DNA of 64,000 nucleotides, from positions 30,194,001 through 30,258,000 of the forward strand of contig NC_058368.1 of assembly GCF_018350175.1 (NCBI RefSeq). The letters are read 5' to 3'. The translations under genes were made by a program, and so were the position numbers. Shown in pieces: positions 1 to 11,789 of this stretch; position 1 is the first letter of the stretch; every line of letters begins with the position of its first letter. The notes under the pieces are model-generated. The model ran no database searches and was not told the origin of the DNA. It saw only the letters and a program-made list of their open reading frames with translations. Source of the DNA: Felis catus. Taxonomy: Eukaryota.

Positions 1-809
1 AGCCGACCTGACTGCTGATTCCCTTGCACCAAAAAAGCAACTGGGGCATAAGGAGCAACAGAGATGACCTTTAGCTAAAGGGTTGCGAGTTATATTACCA
101 GTCATCGCTGCTCAAACACCAAGCGCCGGGCGCGGGACAGAATACAGAAAAGAATCCTTACCATGGAGCCACTACCACCCGAAGCATGAAGGAGAGAACA
201 AGGAGAGATCGCCTCCTAAGCGTTGGTATTAGAACAGCCGTCCTCCTCCCCGTGCCCCAGAGCGGTGCTTTCTATTTTCATTTCCATGCTAACAAGGTAG
301 ACCTGTCCTAGCGTGTGTTCTGAAGGGGTTCTTTCATGCTCGGGGCCTGGGGAGCTTTAACATAGTTAGATGTACTCTAACAGCAGGTTGCCATCAAAAA
401 ATTCTATAATAGGATTAAAATAAAAGAGAAATGCACTTGCCGTGGAATGGCAATGATTATTTAACACGTTTCAAGTGCTTGGTGGGAAGGTGCCGCACAA
501 ACAGCAGACAGACCCGCTGTGTGGGTGTGTTGCCTTCTTAACAATCAGGGTTTTGTGTTGTGATCATGGATTTCGGGAGCTCGGCATTGGAGGGCGTCCA
601 AAAGCTGTACAGCGAGGCTCTGGGAAAAGTCACTGTTGCTTTCGGAGATGATCATATTGATTTGTGCTTGCTTATACGCTTGCTGTCTGTCCACCCCACT
701 TAGAAGGGAGGGGATCTGTCTGCCTCGTTCACTGCTTAATTCCCAGTGTCTACACACATCACAGAACCTCCATGAATGTGAGTTATACGACAGAAGGGGT
801 TCCAAGCGT

Positions 810-910
810 GGGCTCTATGGTCAGATTACTAAATGTGACTTTGGATAAGTTTCTCAGCGATACTCAACAGCGGTTCTTTTGTCCTTAAGATAGGGATGAT
901 GATACAATGA
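810..910 (+). mobile_element. MIR fragment
   Basis: Degenerate MIR core: 'actaaatgtgactttggataagtttctcagc...tgtccttaagatagggatgatgatac'. Confidence 0.45.
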
Positions 911-1309
911 TTTTCTGGCACTCTTGTTAGGACATCTAAAACAACTAAAGCAAGGCCCCGATCTCCACATCTGGCACACTGGGTGCCACAGACAGCTGTT
1001 TGGAGTGGGCATGCTAGGTGAACCTCAGCTTCAGGATCTGTGGCAACAGAAATGCCTTAGGAGGTCTCTGCTGCTTTCTGCCTCACTCTGAAGATTCATC
1101 ACGCGTGGCCTCTAGAGAGATAGCCGGTGGTGATGGTACCAGAGGGAAGGAGAGACTCTTAGAATATGCCCAAAGGGGCTTTGGGGTGGGCCAGTTGGAC
1201 CCAATGCCTGAAACTCACAGCTTCAGGGTCATCCCTGGACACAAGGAGGCTGACCTACCTCAATGGAGCAATTATTTCTCGAGTCTGGAGAAAGGGCCTT
1301 CTGGATGGT

Positions 1310-1421
1310 CATGTGCTTGGGGTCGTCAAAATCTACCTTATCTTGAACTCCTTGTCTGTATGAGCTTTATCTTGCCATCTCAGGCCACATCTCCAGTCAT
1401 TCTTGCACCTGCAAGGTTTCC
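1310..1421 (+). repeat. Copy 1 of 112-bp dispersed direct repeat (copy 2 at 3261-3372)
   Basis: Ungapped manual alignment of the two copies, about 10 mismatches in 112 nt. Confidence 0.95.
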
Positions 1422-1450
1422 GTGTCTCCTGGCTCTTTTTCTTTAGTTTC

Positions 1451-1943
1451 TGTGTTGGTAATTCTCTATTTGCCCCACCTCACCAGATGGCTTTCCTTCC
1501 TTTCTCTGTCCTACTCTGTGTCCCTTGGAGAATTGGCCCCCACATCCTGTCTCCCCCTACCCCCTTGCCCTTTGGTTTCCAGTTGGATTCTGCCTGTGGG
1601 AGGCATGGGAAAGAGATCAGAGAGTGGAAGAGAAGGTAGACTGGGGGCTTTTCTCCCCCATAGGCTCCCCACTGTGGCACCACCTTTATCCCTCCACCAT
1701 TACAGCTCCTGCCTAATGGCCCTTGCTTCAAGGCTCTAGCACTCTTTGGACTCTGTTAACACTATTTACTGCCATCGCCCTTTCAGACCTAGGGATGGAA
1801 ATGGTTGCCTGCTGTGGTCAGTCTCTTGGGGCCCTGCCGCTCTGTAGTTCTCTTCACTGTGCTCAGACCTCTACAAACAGCCCCTTCATCCAGCCTCTTC
1901 ATCTGAATGGAAGTCTGTCGCCTGCCCGGACATTGACTGATGA
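1451..1943 (+). mobile_element. LTR33-like ERVL solo LTR
   Basis: Starts 'tgtgttggtaattctctatttgcccc', has the internal 'gccctttcagacctagggatggaaatggttgcctgctg', ends 'cctgcccggacattgactgatg'. All three resemble the LTR33 consensus. Confidence 0.7.
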
Positions 1944-2169
1944 ACCCTACGAAGGCATCCATCTTAAAGAGACCTCAAGGTACTGTCCTTTCTCTCTCCC
2001 TTTTTTTTTTTTAACTGCAAACTTTCTGCAAACATTCTCTAAATACTTAGGGCATCCTTCTTGGTTCCACCATATCCTCGCTCTTCACTTTCTGAGAGCT
2101 CTCACCCATCTCCCGTGCACTCAGCTGTATCTGCCACGGGTTGGTGATCATCAAATTCATCCAATGACA

Positions 2170-2324
2170 GGGGTGCCTGGGTGGCTCAGCTCATGATTTC
2201 GCGGTTCACGAGTTCGAGCCCCGCTTCAGGCTCTGTGCTGACAGCACAGACACAGATGTCTCCCTCTCTATCTGCCCCTTCCCCGCTTGCACGCTCTCTC
2301 TCTCAAAATAAGTAAACATTAAAA
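2170..2324 (+). mobile_element. CanSINE (SINEC_Fc-type), internally deleted
   Basis: GGGGTGCCTGGGTGGCTCAG head, B-box 'gagttcgagccc', CT tract, A-rich tail. Degenerate TSD aattcatccaatga / aattcgttcaatga. Confidence 0.93.
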
Positions 2325-2460
2325 CAATTCGTTCAATGAATAAATATCAACAACTATTTATTGAGCATCTGATATGTGCCGAGCACCGTTGTAGGCTTGG
2401 ATGAACTAGTGAACAGATGCTCAAGGATTCATGCCCTTATGGGGCTTACATTTTGGGGGG
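2325..2460 (-). mobile_element. L2 3' end
   Basis: 'caacaactattttattgagcatctgatatgtgccgagcaccgttgtaggc' matches the reverse complement of the L2 3' terminus. Confidence 0.75.
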
Positions 2461-2519
2461 ATCAAATCTGTGCTCTTAGCTCCTCACTGGATCTCCAGAG
2501 TTGTAGTTCTGGTTTCCCA

Positions 2520-3260
2520 CTGGGTGTCCCACGAGCCCCACAAGCTTAACACATTTGAGCCCAAAATCATTGGACTCAAACCTCAAACTCATCTCTCCCT
2601 TGTCAGGTATGGCATCACCCCCGAGTTTTATCCACGTTCTATCACCTTCTCCTTTCTCTCCAGCTCCAATCAGATTCTTTCGATTTTGCCTTGGATGTCT
2701 CTCCAAAATATCTCTTTTACTCCCCATTTTGAATTCTCTGTCCACAGGTAAGGCTCTCAGCCTCTGTCACTGGACCAGTGCAATGGCCCCTTACCTGGTC
2801 TGCCTGTCTCTACCTTCTTTCCTTTGCTCATCACCACTGTGAAAGTTAATCTCTCGATGACTTCATTGCTTGAAGAACTCTGCCAGCTCCCCATTGCCAC
2901 ACTTCTTGGCAGGGCATTCGGTTTCCAACTGAAATGGGTCACCTGGCTTCTGCAGCCTCAACACCCACGATAGACTTGGATGGCCTTCTACCTCTGCTCT
3001 CTGCACCTGCATAACCACCCTAGCCCCCTGGCCTTTGCTCAGGCCCTTTCCCAAGATTACCATCACTTCCCTTACCCCCTTTCTTGTCAGCCAAGTCTCT
3101 TCAGAGAACCTCTGTGAGGTTTTCCCTGACCCTTCCCACCAAAATTAATTACCCTGTCTTTTTTACTTCCATAGTCTTTGTTCTTTCCACTTACCGCATC
3201 GTTACATAGTTATATAAGCGCTGTGTCTCCTTCTAGCCTGAGAGCCCTTTAAACCCAAGA
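2520..3260 (+). mobile_element. L2 body fragments (decayed)
   Basis: Pyrimidine-rich L2-like segments, e.g. 'aaacctcaaactcatctctccc...ggcatcacc', 'gtttttccctgacc', 'ctgtgtctccttctagcctgagagccctt'. Confidence 0.5.
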
Positions 3261-3372
3261 CATGTGCTTAGGGTCATCAGAATCTACCTTATCTCGAACT
3301 CCTTGTCTGTATGAGCTTTATCTTGCTATCTCGGGCAATCTCCCCAGTCATTCTTGCACCTGCAAGGTTTCC
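3261..3372 (+). repeat. Copy 2 of 112-bp dispersed direct repeat
   Basis: About 91% identical to 1310-1421 at an offset of 1951 bp. Confidence 0.95.
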
Positions 3373-5465
3373 ATCTCTGTTTCCATCTTGCCGTTTCGCA
3401 CAGGGTTTGGTGTGGAATTGCCAGGGCATATTATGTTATCCATTAGAAATGGGTAACCCTTACCATCGTGCACTCGTTAGCAAAGGCACTTTCTAAGCTC
3501 CTAACTCCTCTTCTTGCCACCAGGCTAGTCCACTGTGGGTAGCTGCTGTTGTGGTACCTTATCTGCAGAACATATCCATGCCTCCTGTTTGTCCCCTGAT
3601 ATCTATCACAACAGCGAATTGACCTGGTAGCCAATAGCTAGAGGAGCACTCGAGATTTAGCAAGCTGAAATAATCTTTGGACCTCTGCTTTGTGTTATGA
3701 ATTGTATCTGTTTAGTTATGTATGTAATTTATTATTACATACAGATTTGTAAGGGTGCCCTTTATGGCCCCAGAGGTCAGGAAAGTAGAGCCATTTGGGG
3801 AAGGACCCCAGAGGCAGAAGCTACAAACATAAACTTCATCTATGTGCAATTAAAACGTTGCCAAAGCCCTGAGGCTGCTTGTCTAGCTGTGTGCCCTCTT
3901 CCTTATTCTCCCACCCCAGGCTGCGGGGACTTTTATCCCCTTTCAGGTCGGCCCTGGATTGGCTAGGACGGCTGTGGGCCACCTCACCTGCAGTGGGGAG
4001 AGAGGAGACAGACAGGGATTAACACCAGGTAGTGGTTCCTGTGATCGATATCTGCCTGGAGGCAGCCCTACTAATAATAACCTGGCCAGAAGCATTACCG
4101 AAATCCTCTGCTCTGGTTCCCAAACAGCTTGGGAGTTGGGCCAGACCAGGCCTCTGCTGTTTGTATTGCCAAATTTTAAAGTGCTGTGAGGTTGGAGGTT
4201 GGCTTCAGATGTCGAATTTCTTTTTCCGGGGTGATCAGATCAACTTCGTTTCTAAGTTCAAGCCCAATCCTCCCCCCGCCCCCCAAATAAACACCAACCA
4301 ACCAACCAACCAGACAACAAGGTTTGATGAGCCGGCACCAGGGAGAAAGCCTTCTCTGGAGCTGCCTTTATGGGGTTGACCTGAGGCTACCCGTACATCC
4401 ATAAAGTGCCCACCCCCGGCATCAGATGATCCCGGCGAGGGGCAAAGCCCACAGGTCGCCGTGCCGGGCTAGAGCCTGTGCGAAGACGCAGCGGGCCGGA
4501 TGCCTGGAATGGATGGGAGACATGTGGTGCCCATTCCTCTCAGTCGGTAAAATGCTTTCAACTGATTTTGATTTTCTGAAAGTGAATTTGGTAGCACATT
4601 GTGAATCCACAGTATACATGTGCCCGTGTTTCAGCACAAGGTAGACTTCCAGCAGCTGAATGAGTTCAACTGGCCAACGACCTCCCAAGGGGAGCTCGCA
4701 TGCAGGGACTGTTTCTGACACTGGGGGACAGTGCCCCCCAAGTCCCTTCCTCTTACCGAAGGAGGACTCTGGGGGAGGTTTCAAAACATAGGAGAGGAGA
4801 GAGCAATGAAATCACACCTTTCGAAACATGAGAGGCAGGGGTGCATCTGATCCCGTATTCTGCTTTCCCTGCAGCCGGTTCCCAGTTCCCGGTTCCCGGG
4901 ATGAGACTGGGCAACGAATACAATGTCAGTCGGGTCTCCAGTGCGCTCCAAAATGCATTCTCCTCAGCCACGGAAGAAATTCCAGGAAGAGCTTAACGGG
5001 CAGAGCCAAGGAATTGTTAAAAATGCAGAAGTATCGACCTTATTTTCCTTGCAATATTAGGGCTGAGTATGACACAACCGATTTGTTTTAATCCGTTCCT
5101 CGGACGAAGGAGATAAAAAGACTGAGAAATAGGTCAATGTCTTCAGCTTCTTTCAGGTGCCTGTGGAGGATGAGTGAAATTACCGTGGTTCTGCCGTGGC
5201 TATCGTTCCATTTGTATTGCCATATGAAGTCACAATGCATTTTTCACACGAGGCTGTATGGATTTGAGCCTACGTATCCTTTTATTTTAATGTTGCAAAT
5301 TTATGTAATAAGTGATGACTTTTAGATGCAAATATCGAGCGTCTACCATTCGTTTTCTCTCAGTAATCGTAGCTTGAGTAAATTTCTCCAAGTGAATATT
5401 TGCTCGCCCCTTGGAAAGCCCCGCTCTCCAACACACGTCTGCTGAATGAGCCGCCTGGGAAATAC

Positions 5466-5481
5466 CCACTAGATGGCAGTG
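5466..5481 (+). promoter_or_regulatory. Candidate CTCF binding site
   Basis: CCACTAGATGGCAGTG matches the CTCF core consensus CCAC/GYAGRKGGCR in unique sequence. Confidence 0.55.
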
Positions 5482-6589
5482 TCACCGCACAGCTGAAGAA
5501 GATCTGGTCTGGCGATAAAGAAAATAAGGCTAGTTTAGGTCGCAGCCGTCCTGGAAAATCCAGAAGGTGGCAGATTTTAGCTATTTATGAAAGCACAGTG
5601 AAAGAACAATGCTGCCTTTTAGAAAAATTATTTTTATTTATCTTTCCAGAAGGAGCGATTATGAGCTGAATAAAATCATCTGTGATACTTAAAATATTGG
5701 AAACGGTTTCACACTTTTTTAGAGCCCGTACTACAAGCTGAAGGACCAGCAAAGCTCCCCGTGACACAAAATCAAGGTGAAATTGACCAATAAATTGAGA
5801 ACTCCATTACAGGAACAATTTCCCCGAGTTTGAGTCATGGTGTTTGAGTGATAACCTAAACCTGTCTAAACTTTGTGGAACATTCAAGGCGAAGATGGAA
5901 GGAGATAGCGAGGCACACCGGAGGAGGCAGAAGACAGCAGTGTGGGTGCTGATGTTTATATATTTCCGCCAACTTTTCCAGGCTCCCCGAGGACTTTCGG
6001 CAGACCGGCGCTTTAGAGTTCAGTTCTTTTCAAGGTTACTGATTACCTGAAGGGATCCTGGTTTTAAAAATGAAAAATGACAGCTTGAATACAATAGTCC
6101 AATTCAGAGGGATCACGTACCCTAGGCAGGTTTGCCGGCCACTGGGAGCGTTGGCAATGAATGCAAAACCACGTCGTCCATTTTGTGGAGGACACTGCCA
6201 TAGTTTCAATTCCTCCCCCTGATCACCTCCCGCACCTGGGGTAAGTGTGTGCTCGCTTATTCTAAGGGAATATCCATTTCCTGGTTTGGCCCCAAGCAGT
6301 GTGGATGAGCTTGCTTTCTCACCTCCTGCAGGAAATACACGTTCATGGGGAAGGTGTCAGGGGTGGGGGAGCAGGACTGCAGGACAGCAGGATGGCAGCT
6401 AGGAAGTCATTCGTCTGAGTGACAGCTCTACATGGCTCTTGGCACTCCAATATGTCAGGGAACGGGTGTTCTGACTGGCATCATTTATCTCATTTAAATA
6501 TTCCAGAGAGAGTAGCCTCCTTACTCAAGTTAGATTCATTTTCAGCTTCGTGCTCTAAAAGGGCCTGGCATCCTCTTACAAATGGAGGG

Positions 6590-6650
6590 AAGAAAAAAAA
6601 AAAAAGAAAAGAAAAAAGGAAAAGAAAGGAAGGGAGAAAGGAAAAAAAAT
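6590..6650. repeat. A/GA-rich low-complexity tract
   Basis: A run followed by gaaaa/ggaa repeats. Confidence 0.85.
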
Positions 6651-6911
6651 GGTGAGGAAATGCAGCAAGTGAGTGATATATAAGGTGAACACAGAATTCA
6701 ATATCCAGGACGAGGACACATACGTCTTGGATCCCAGATATATAGCTCAGAACTGATGGAGAAATGGGCAGGAAGAGAGATAATCTTTATCTCTGCTCCC
6801 AAGCCTTTAGAAATACCCGAGGCTAAATCACCCTGAGAAGAAAGTAGGAAATGAAGGCTGCTCCAAGCCACCCATGAGACTTTAGAGAACAGGCCACTGG
6901 CTGAGCACATT

Positions 6912-6964
6912 TCTCTCTCTCTCTCTCTCTTTTTCTTCTTCTTCTTCTTCTTCTTCTTTTTTTT
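6912..6964. repeat. Compound (CT)n-(CTT)n-T microsatellite
   Basis: Directly visible. Confidence 0.95.
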
Positions 6965-8339
6965 GTCTGAGTCACGCCCTGAGTTCAGCTGGTATATGGA
7001 AACAGTGGTAAAATGTTCAGGTCCAGCCTAAGATTCTGGCTTTCAGTTTTATTCAGGGAGGATCGCTGGACGTTTACTTGGATTTCCCATCTGAAATCTT
7101 TGCAAAGTGCTGGGTGGGCGTGTGGTGTTTGCCACAGCCTATCTCGTTCCTTGGAAAACCATGTTAGAACATTTGGTTTTTCCCCTAATGTTTCAAATGG
7201 CTGCTCATGTATGTGTGAGTTTATGTCACAGTCTTTTGGATAACTACACAATCTTTTGGATAACCTGCTTTTTTTTTTTTTTTTTTTTACAGTTAGTCAA
7301 TCACTGCAGCAGGCTTTGAACAGTTGGGAATAATAATTGCTACAATGATGAGAACAAACTTTGGTGCTCGAAAGGAAGTAGTCCATTCCACATTATATGA
7401 TATTCTGTATTCAGTTACTATATATTCGTCGTCTACAGAATTTGCACCTGCTTCCCCACAAAGAGGGTGTATGATTGAAGAAGTGAAAAGGGGCTCAGGA
7501 AATGCTTTGGTAGGCACTAGCTTGTGAAGCATGAAGTCCATTATCTACATTGGTCCTAAGAATCCTATAAGTCCCATCACGGCCAAACCAATCCATTGGA
7601 ATTGATGTGCTGTGAGTTTCCTTGAATGCCTGGAAAATACTTCAATCATCCAATCGGCTGACTTGGTTAGCCTCTGGCATTCACTAGTAAAGTGCTCTGT
7701 CAGGGAATCCTATTGCTGTGGTTCAGTTTTCCTTACACAGGCTTCCATTTCAAACTTTGCAATTGTGAAGGAGACAGGGAAACCCCAGTGAATCACTTTC
7801 AGGGTTGTGAACCTGCAAAGAATCAGCTTTTCTAACTGCTTTCGTTCCTGGAGGACCTAGAACTTTCCCAGTGGCACTGGAGAACTTCATCTTATTAGCA
7901 TGCCTCAGAGCCAGGGACTTAATGTTTGTTTGCCCATGTACAGGCGTAGACACCAGGGTGCGTGCCCCAGGTGTCTTTCTCATTGCTGGAGCAGGGAAAA
8001 GGGCATCTCTGGTCCCTGCAGGAATTTGCTTTATTTGGTTCTGTTTACTTGCTCTTCAAGGTGGTTGCAAAGTGGATGAATCAACAGGTAGGGGCCAAGG
8101 AATTCGGCTCCCTTCTACCTCTGAACGGGATTGGCGAGGGCTCCTCAAACTCTTTGCTCTTCACTTTCTTTACTGATCAGGTGGGCATGATAATGCTTGC
8201 CGTCTCTCACAGGGGTCATTGCATGGGTCAGGGACATTTGTGAGAGCATCTCGATGAGAATTATTTGCTATCCCCAATGTCAGGAGGTATCAGTTTGTAA
8301 TTGACCACGGGGAAGGAGAAAGGGGGCATAAATGCCATT

Positions 8340-8736
8340 AGGGCAGTTCACCTTGTATTTCTTGTTCTTTTCTCTGCCAGCTCAGGGTAGGGTGCCCACC
8401 TCTGCCTCTTGCAAGTCAGATATGGCTATATGATTTCCTTTGGCTCAAGAAACACGGGTGTCACTTTTAGGCTGTTGCTTTGAGAGCATGGTCTGAAAGG
8501 CTATTTTCTGCTCCCCTTACCTAAGTCACTCTAAAGAATTTTTAGAGATGGAACTTTCATCAGCCTGAGTGCCTAAAGAGATCATGCTGAGCAAAGCCCC
8601 CTTCCCACCTTGTGTTGTGTATTTAACTCCATGGGGCATTTTGTAGAAGTAAGAAGTAAACTTTTGCGTACCAAGCTACTGAGATCTTGGGATTCTTTTT
8701 TACCACTGCAAAACCTAGACTCTTCTGATTGATACG
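8340..8736 (+). mobile_element. MLT1 (I/J-like) MaLR solo LTR
   Basis: 3' end 'aagtaaacttttg...aagctactgagatcttgggattc...actgcaaaacctagactcttctgattgatac' resembles the old MLT1 terminus. Confidence 0.65.
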
Positions 8737-8776
8737 TGGGAATTTTATTGTGATTTGTTTTCTATAGGCTCTTTCC

Positions 8777-8961
8777 TTTTTTTAAATTTATTTCTCTGGG
8801 GGGGCTGGAGGGGCAGAGAGAGAGGGAGAGAGAATCCCAAGCAGGCTACACACTGTCAGCACAGAACCCAATGTGGGGCTGAAACCCATAAACTGTGAGA
8901 TCATGACCTGAGCCAAAATCAAGAGTCGGATGCTTATCTGACTGAGCCACCCAGGTGCCCC
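8777..8961 (-). mobile_element. CanSINE (Fc2-like)
   Basis: Reverse-strand head 'gactgagccacccaggtgcccc', (GA)n tract and T-rich tail. Confidence 0.95.
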
Positions 8962-9196
8962 ACAATGACATGTTTCTACTTTACAAGGTTCTACATTACG
9001 TGGTCTTTCTTATTTCTTATTTCTCTGCCTTTGACTAATGAAATTCTCTTTGTCATTCTGTTAAGAAGTTTATTGGTCCTGGGCATATATGTTCTATCTT
9101 CCTGAAGCACTCTTACCCTCCAGCTTCTCTTGCTATCTCCCTCCTATCATTTAGATCCCGGATGATACATCACTCTTACAGAGCCATCTTCCTTGA

Positions 9197-9423
9197 TTTT
9201 TTTTATTATTTAAAAAAATTTTTTATGTCTATTCATTTTTGAAAGACAGAGAGAGAGCACAAGCAGGAGTGGGGTGGAGAGAGAGGGGGACACAGAATCT
9301 GAAGCAGGCTCCAGGCTCTGAGCTGTCAGCACAGAGCCCAACATGGGGCTCGAACTCATGAACCGTGAGATCGTGACCTGAGCTGAAGTCAGATGCTCAA
9401 CCAACTGAGCCACCAGGTGCCCC
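9197..9423 (-). mobile_element. CanSINE (SINEC_Fc)
   Basis: Full-length reverse copy; TSD tcttccttg on both sides. Confidence 0.97.
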
Positions 9424-10307
9424 TTTCTTCCTTGGCTTTTTGACTGCTCCTTCTTTATGCCCAAGCACCTGTGCCATCTTTATCAGCATTTAAACATTTT
9501 ATTGTAATTGCCTTTTCTGGTATATCTCTCTATGTGACATTTTCTTGTATCTTTATCATTTGGTTGCAGTGCATAAGTAATCATAAATGCCATATTAAAA
9601 AAAAACAAAAGAAAACAGGAGTGATAGAGAAGAGTACTTAATGAATATGGAATCTGGATTTTTTTCTCCGATGTTCTGCCTCCCCTCACCCCGCCCCCCC
9701 CCCTTTGCTTCTTTTCTCTAAATTGGCCAAAATGAGGGTGTGTTGGTGGGAGAGGGGTGGAAGCCAAGATGTGCATCATTGACCCAGAGCCAGATGGGAG
9801 ATGGGTCATGCCTCTGACTTTCCGCCTTTAGCTCTGCTGTGGGGCCCCTACAAGCTCCTCAGAAGCTCTTGTGTCAGTCTACCGCTCCTCTGGATGACAA
9901 CTTCCCCCGCTGCCTCCTGATCTCTGATCCTGTGTCCACTAGGGCCTCCCCTCTGCTGAGTGTGTCCTTGTTGGTTTGGAGTAGGACACGGGAAAATCGG
10001 AGGGGACAGTGAGAGCAACTTGCGGGAGAAATAGTTCATCTCTGTCCATGAAATGGTACTGAAAGTTCGGCCATTGGCAAACCCTTCACGGCGGGAGATA
10101 GTTGCAGATAGTACTCTTCATTCTTGTGACCGGATCCATCTGCCTATTAAGGCAACTGTCCAGGGCACTAGGCCTGTAATCTATCACTGGTCTTTTTCCT
10201 TATTCTTAATCTCGCCTGTGAGTCCGCAGGCAAGGATTAACCTCTTACTCTGCCTCCGTTTATTTGTAATAATGACATTGATGCCATCACCATCAAAGAC
10301 AAAAGAG

Positions 10308-10545
10308 TTAACATTTGTGGGTTGTTGCCAACGTTTTGTGAACTTAGCTGAGGGCTATCTAAGTGCCATTTCGTTTGATGCTTGACACGGTGTTAGCATG
10401 AAGTTAGTATGATTGCTGTTTACATATGAGAAATTAAGGCTCAGCATGGTGAAGCAGCTTGCCAATGTCACACAGCCAGTAAGTGACAGAGACGGGACTT
10501 GAACCCAGGTCTTTTGATTCTTCACCCAGGCTTTTCCTCTAACAT
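10308..10545 (-). mobile_element. MIR
   Basis: 'tacatatgagaaattaaggctcag...cttgccaatgtcacacagccagtaagtgacagagacgggacttgaacccaggtct'. Confidence 0.85.
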
Positions 10546-11789
10546 TCTATGGCGCAAAAAGTACAACACCTTCGAGTAATTATATAATTTCAGGGTCAAA
10601 TGAAGTTAAGGGAAGCAATTTTTTGGTCGGGGGCTCTCATCTGGTCTCCTTCGCATCACATCGGATGAACGGTCAGCTTGTTTGGCCTGTTCTTAAATCC
10701 AGTCCCAATCATTGCCTAAATCTGGAAGACTATTCCTGACTTCAGAATGTTCCTTTTGGCACCTCTTCAGGAGAAAAAATTTTCCTGGAGATACGATTTT
10801 GGCCGGCACAGAGGCAGCAAAGGGACTTTTAAAAAGAAACATGATGGTTCTTTGGCATTATCATTCTGGGGTGCTGAGATATAATGAAACAAGGAACGCA
10901 CTGAGAGCCAAGGTCATTATGAATATAATTCAGATTTTAAATTGCTATTTGTGGAAAAATATTCCTTCGGCTTGGTCGAACTAGGTTAAATCTCTATAGC
11001 AATTATATTTACAGGCAATTGCTTGGCCCCGGACTTCCCTTTGCCTGTGCGGACACCGTAAGCTTTTGAGTTAGTAGGCGTTAGAGCAGTACATAAAAAC
11101 AGAATATTGTTATTGCTCTCATTAAGAGAGACCCTGGTTCTTTTAAGTCTGTTCTAATAAGAGCCTTTGGAAAAACAAGAGAAATTTCCGAATATCTGAT
11201 TAATTTAGATTGAGCAATTAACGAAGTGATATAGTTAACAGTGCTCTTATATCACTCATTAGGTTGGCTGCGTGGGAGGCAGCCTTCGACTCGGGAAGGA
11301 GGCTGTTAGACTCAAGTGCCACCGTGGATGTGCAAGTGAGCCCAAGTGAATCTTGTAAGCAATCAGGTTCCTGTCTTTGAGGCTTACAGAGGTTGAAAAA
11401 TCTGCTTTCGGTGCTGTGCGGTGCTGTGCTGGTTTTCATTCTAGCAGAGGATGAAATTGCCGGAGAAAGAATGTTATTTCCACCGTTCATGTTTTCTTTA
11501 GAGTTGAAGGGCTGTGCTGTCGCTCTCTGCGCATACTGGCAGAGGCCGATTGGATGCTACCCAGATCCTTCTGCGTTGACCCAAGGTACAGGGTCCAGTG
11601 GCTTGATGACGCGCTGGACCCCTGCTTTTGTGTGCTCTTGGCTGGGACCCTCACTGGGTTTATGTGGAGGCAATTGCTGAAATTAAACCATTAAGAAATT
11701 GGCCATTACTTGAATATATTTCCAAGCGTGTCCCCAAATACCTGGATTTGAGTCCCATCTGATGTTTAATTAGTGAGACCGGGTGAAGC

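Noticed and set aside
1018-3496. Paralogous peptides (SPVILAPARFP) in ORFs 1018-1446 and 3311-3496
   Set aside because: They are a by-product of the 112-bp DNA duplication, with no coding signature.
3719-3743. Perfect 10-bp hairpin tgtatgtaat-ttatt-attacataca
   Set aside because: An isolated AT-rich 10-bp stem is expected roughly once by chance in 64 kb, and it is too short for a pre-miRNA.
4400-4520. CpG island/promoter (also 5900-6010 and 56130-56270)
   Set aside because: These CpG-rich patches are under about 200 bp, with no supporting promoter architecture.
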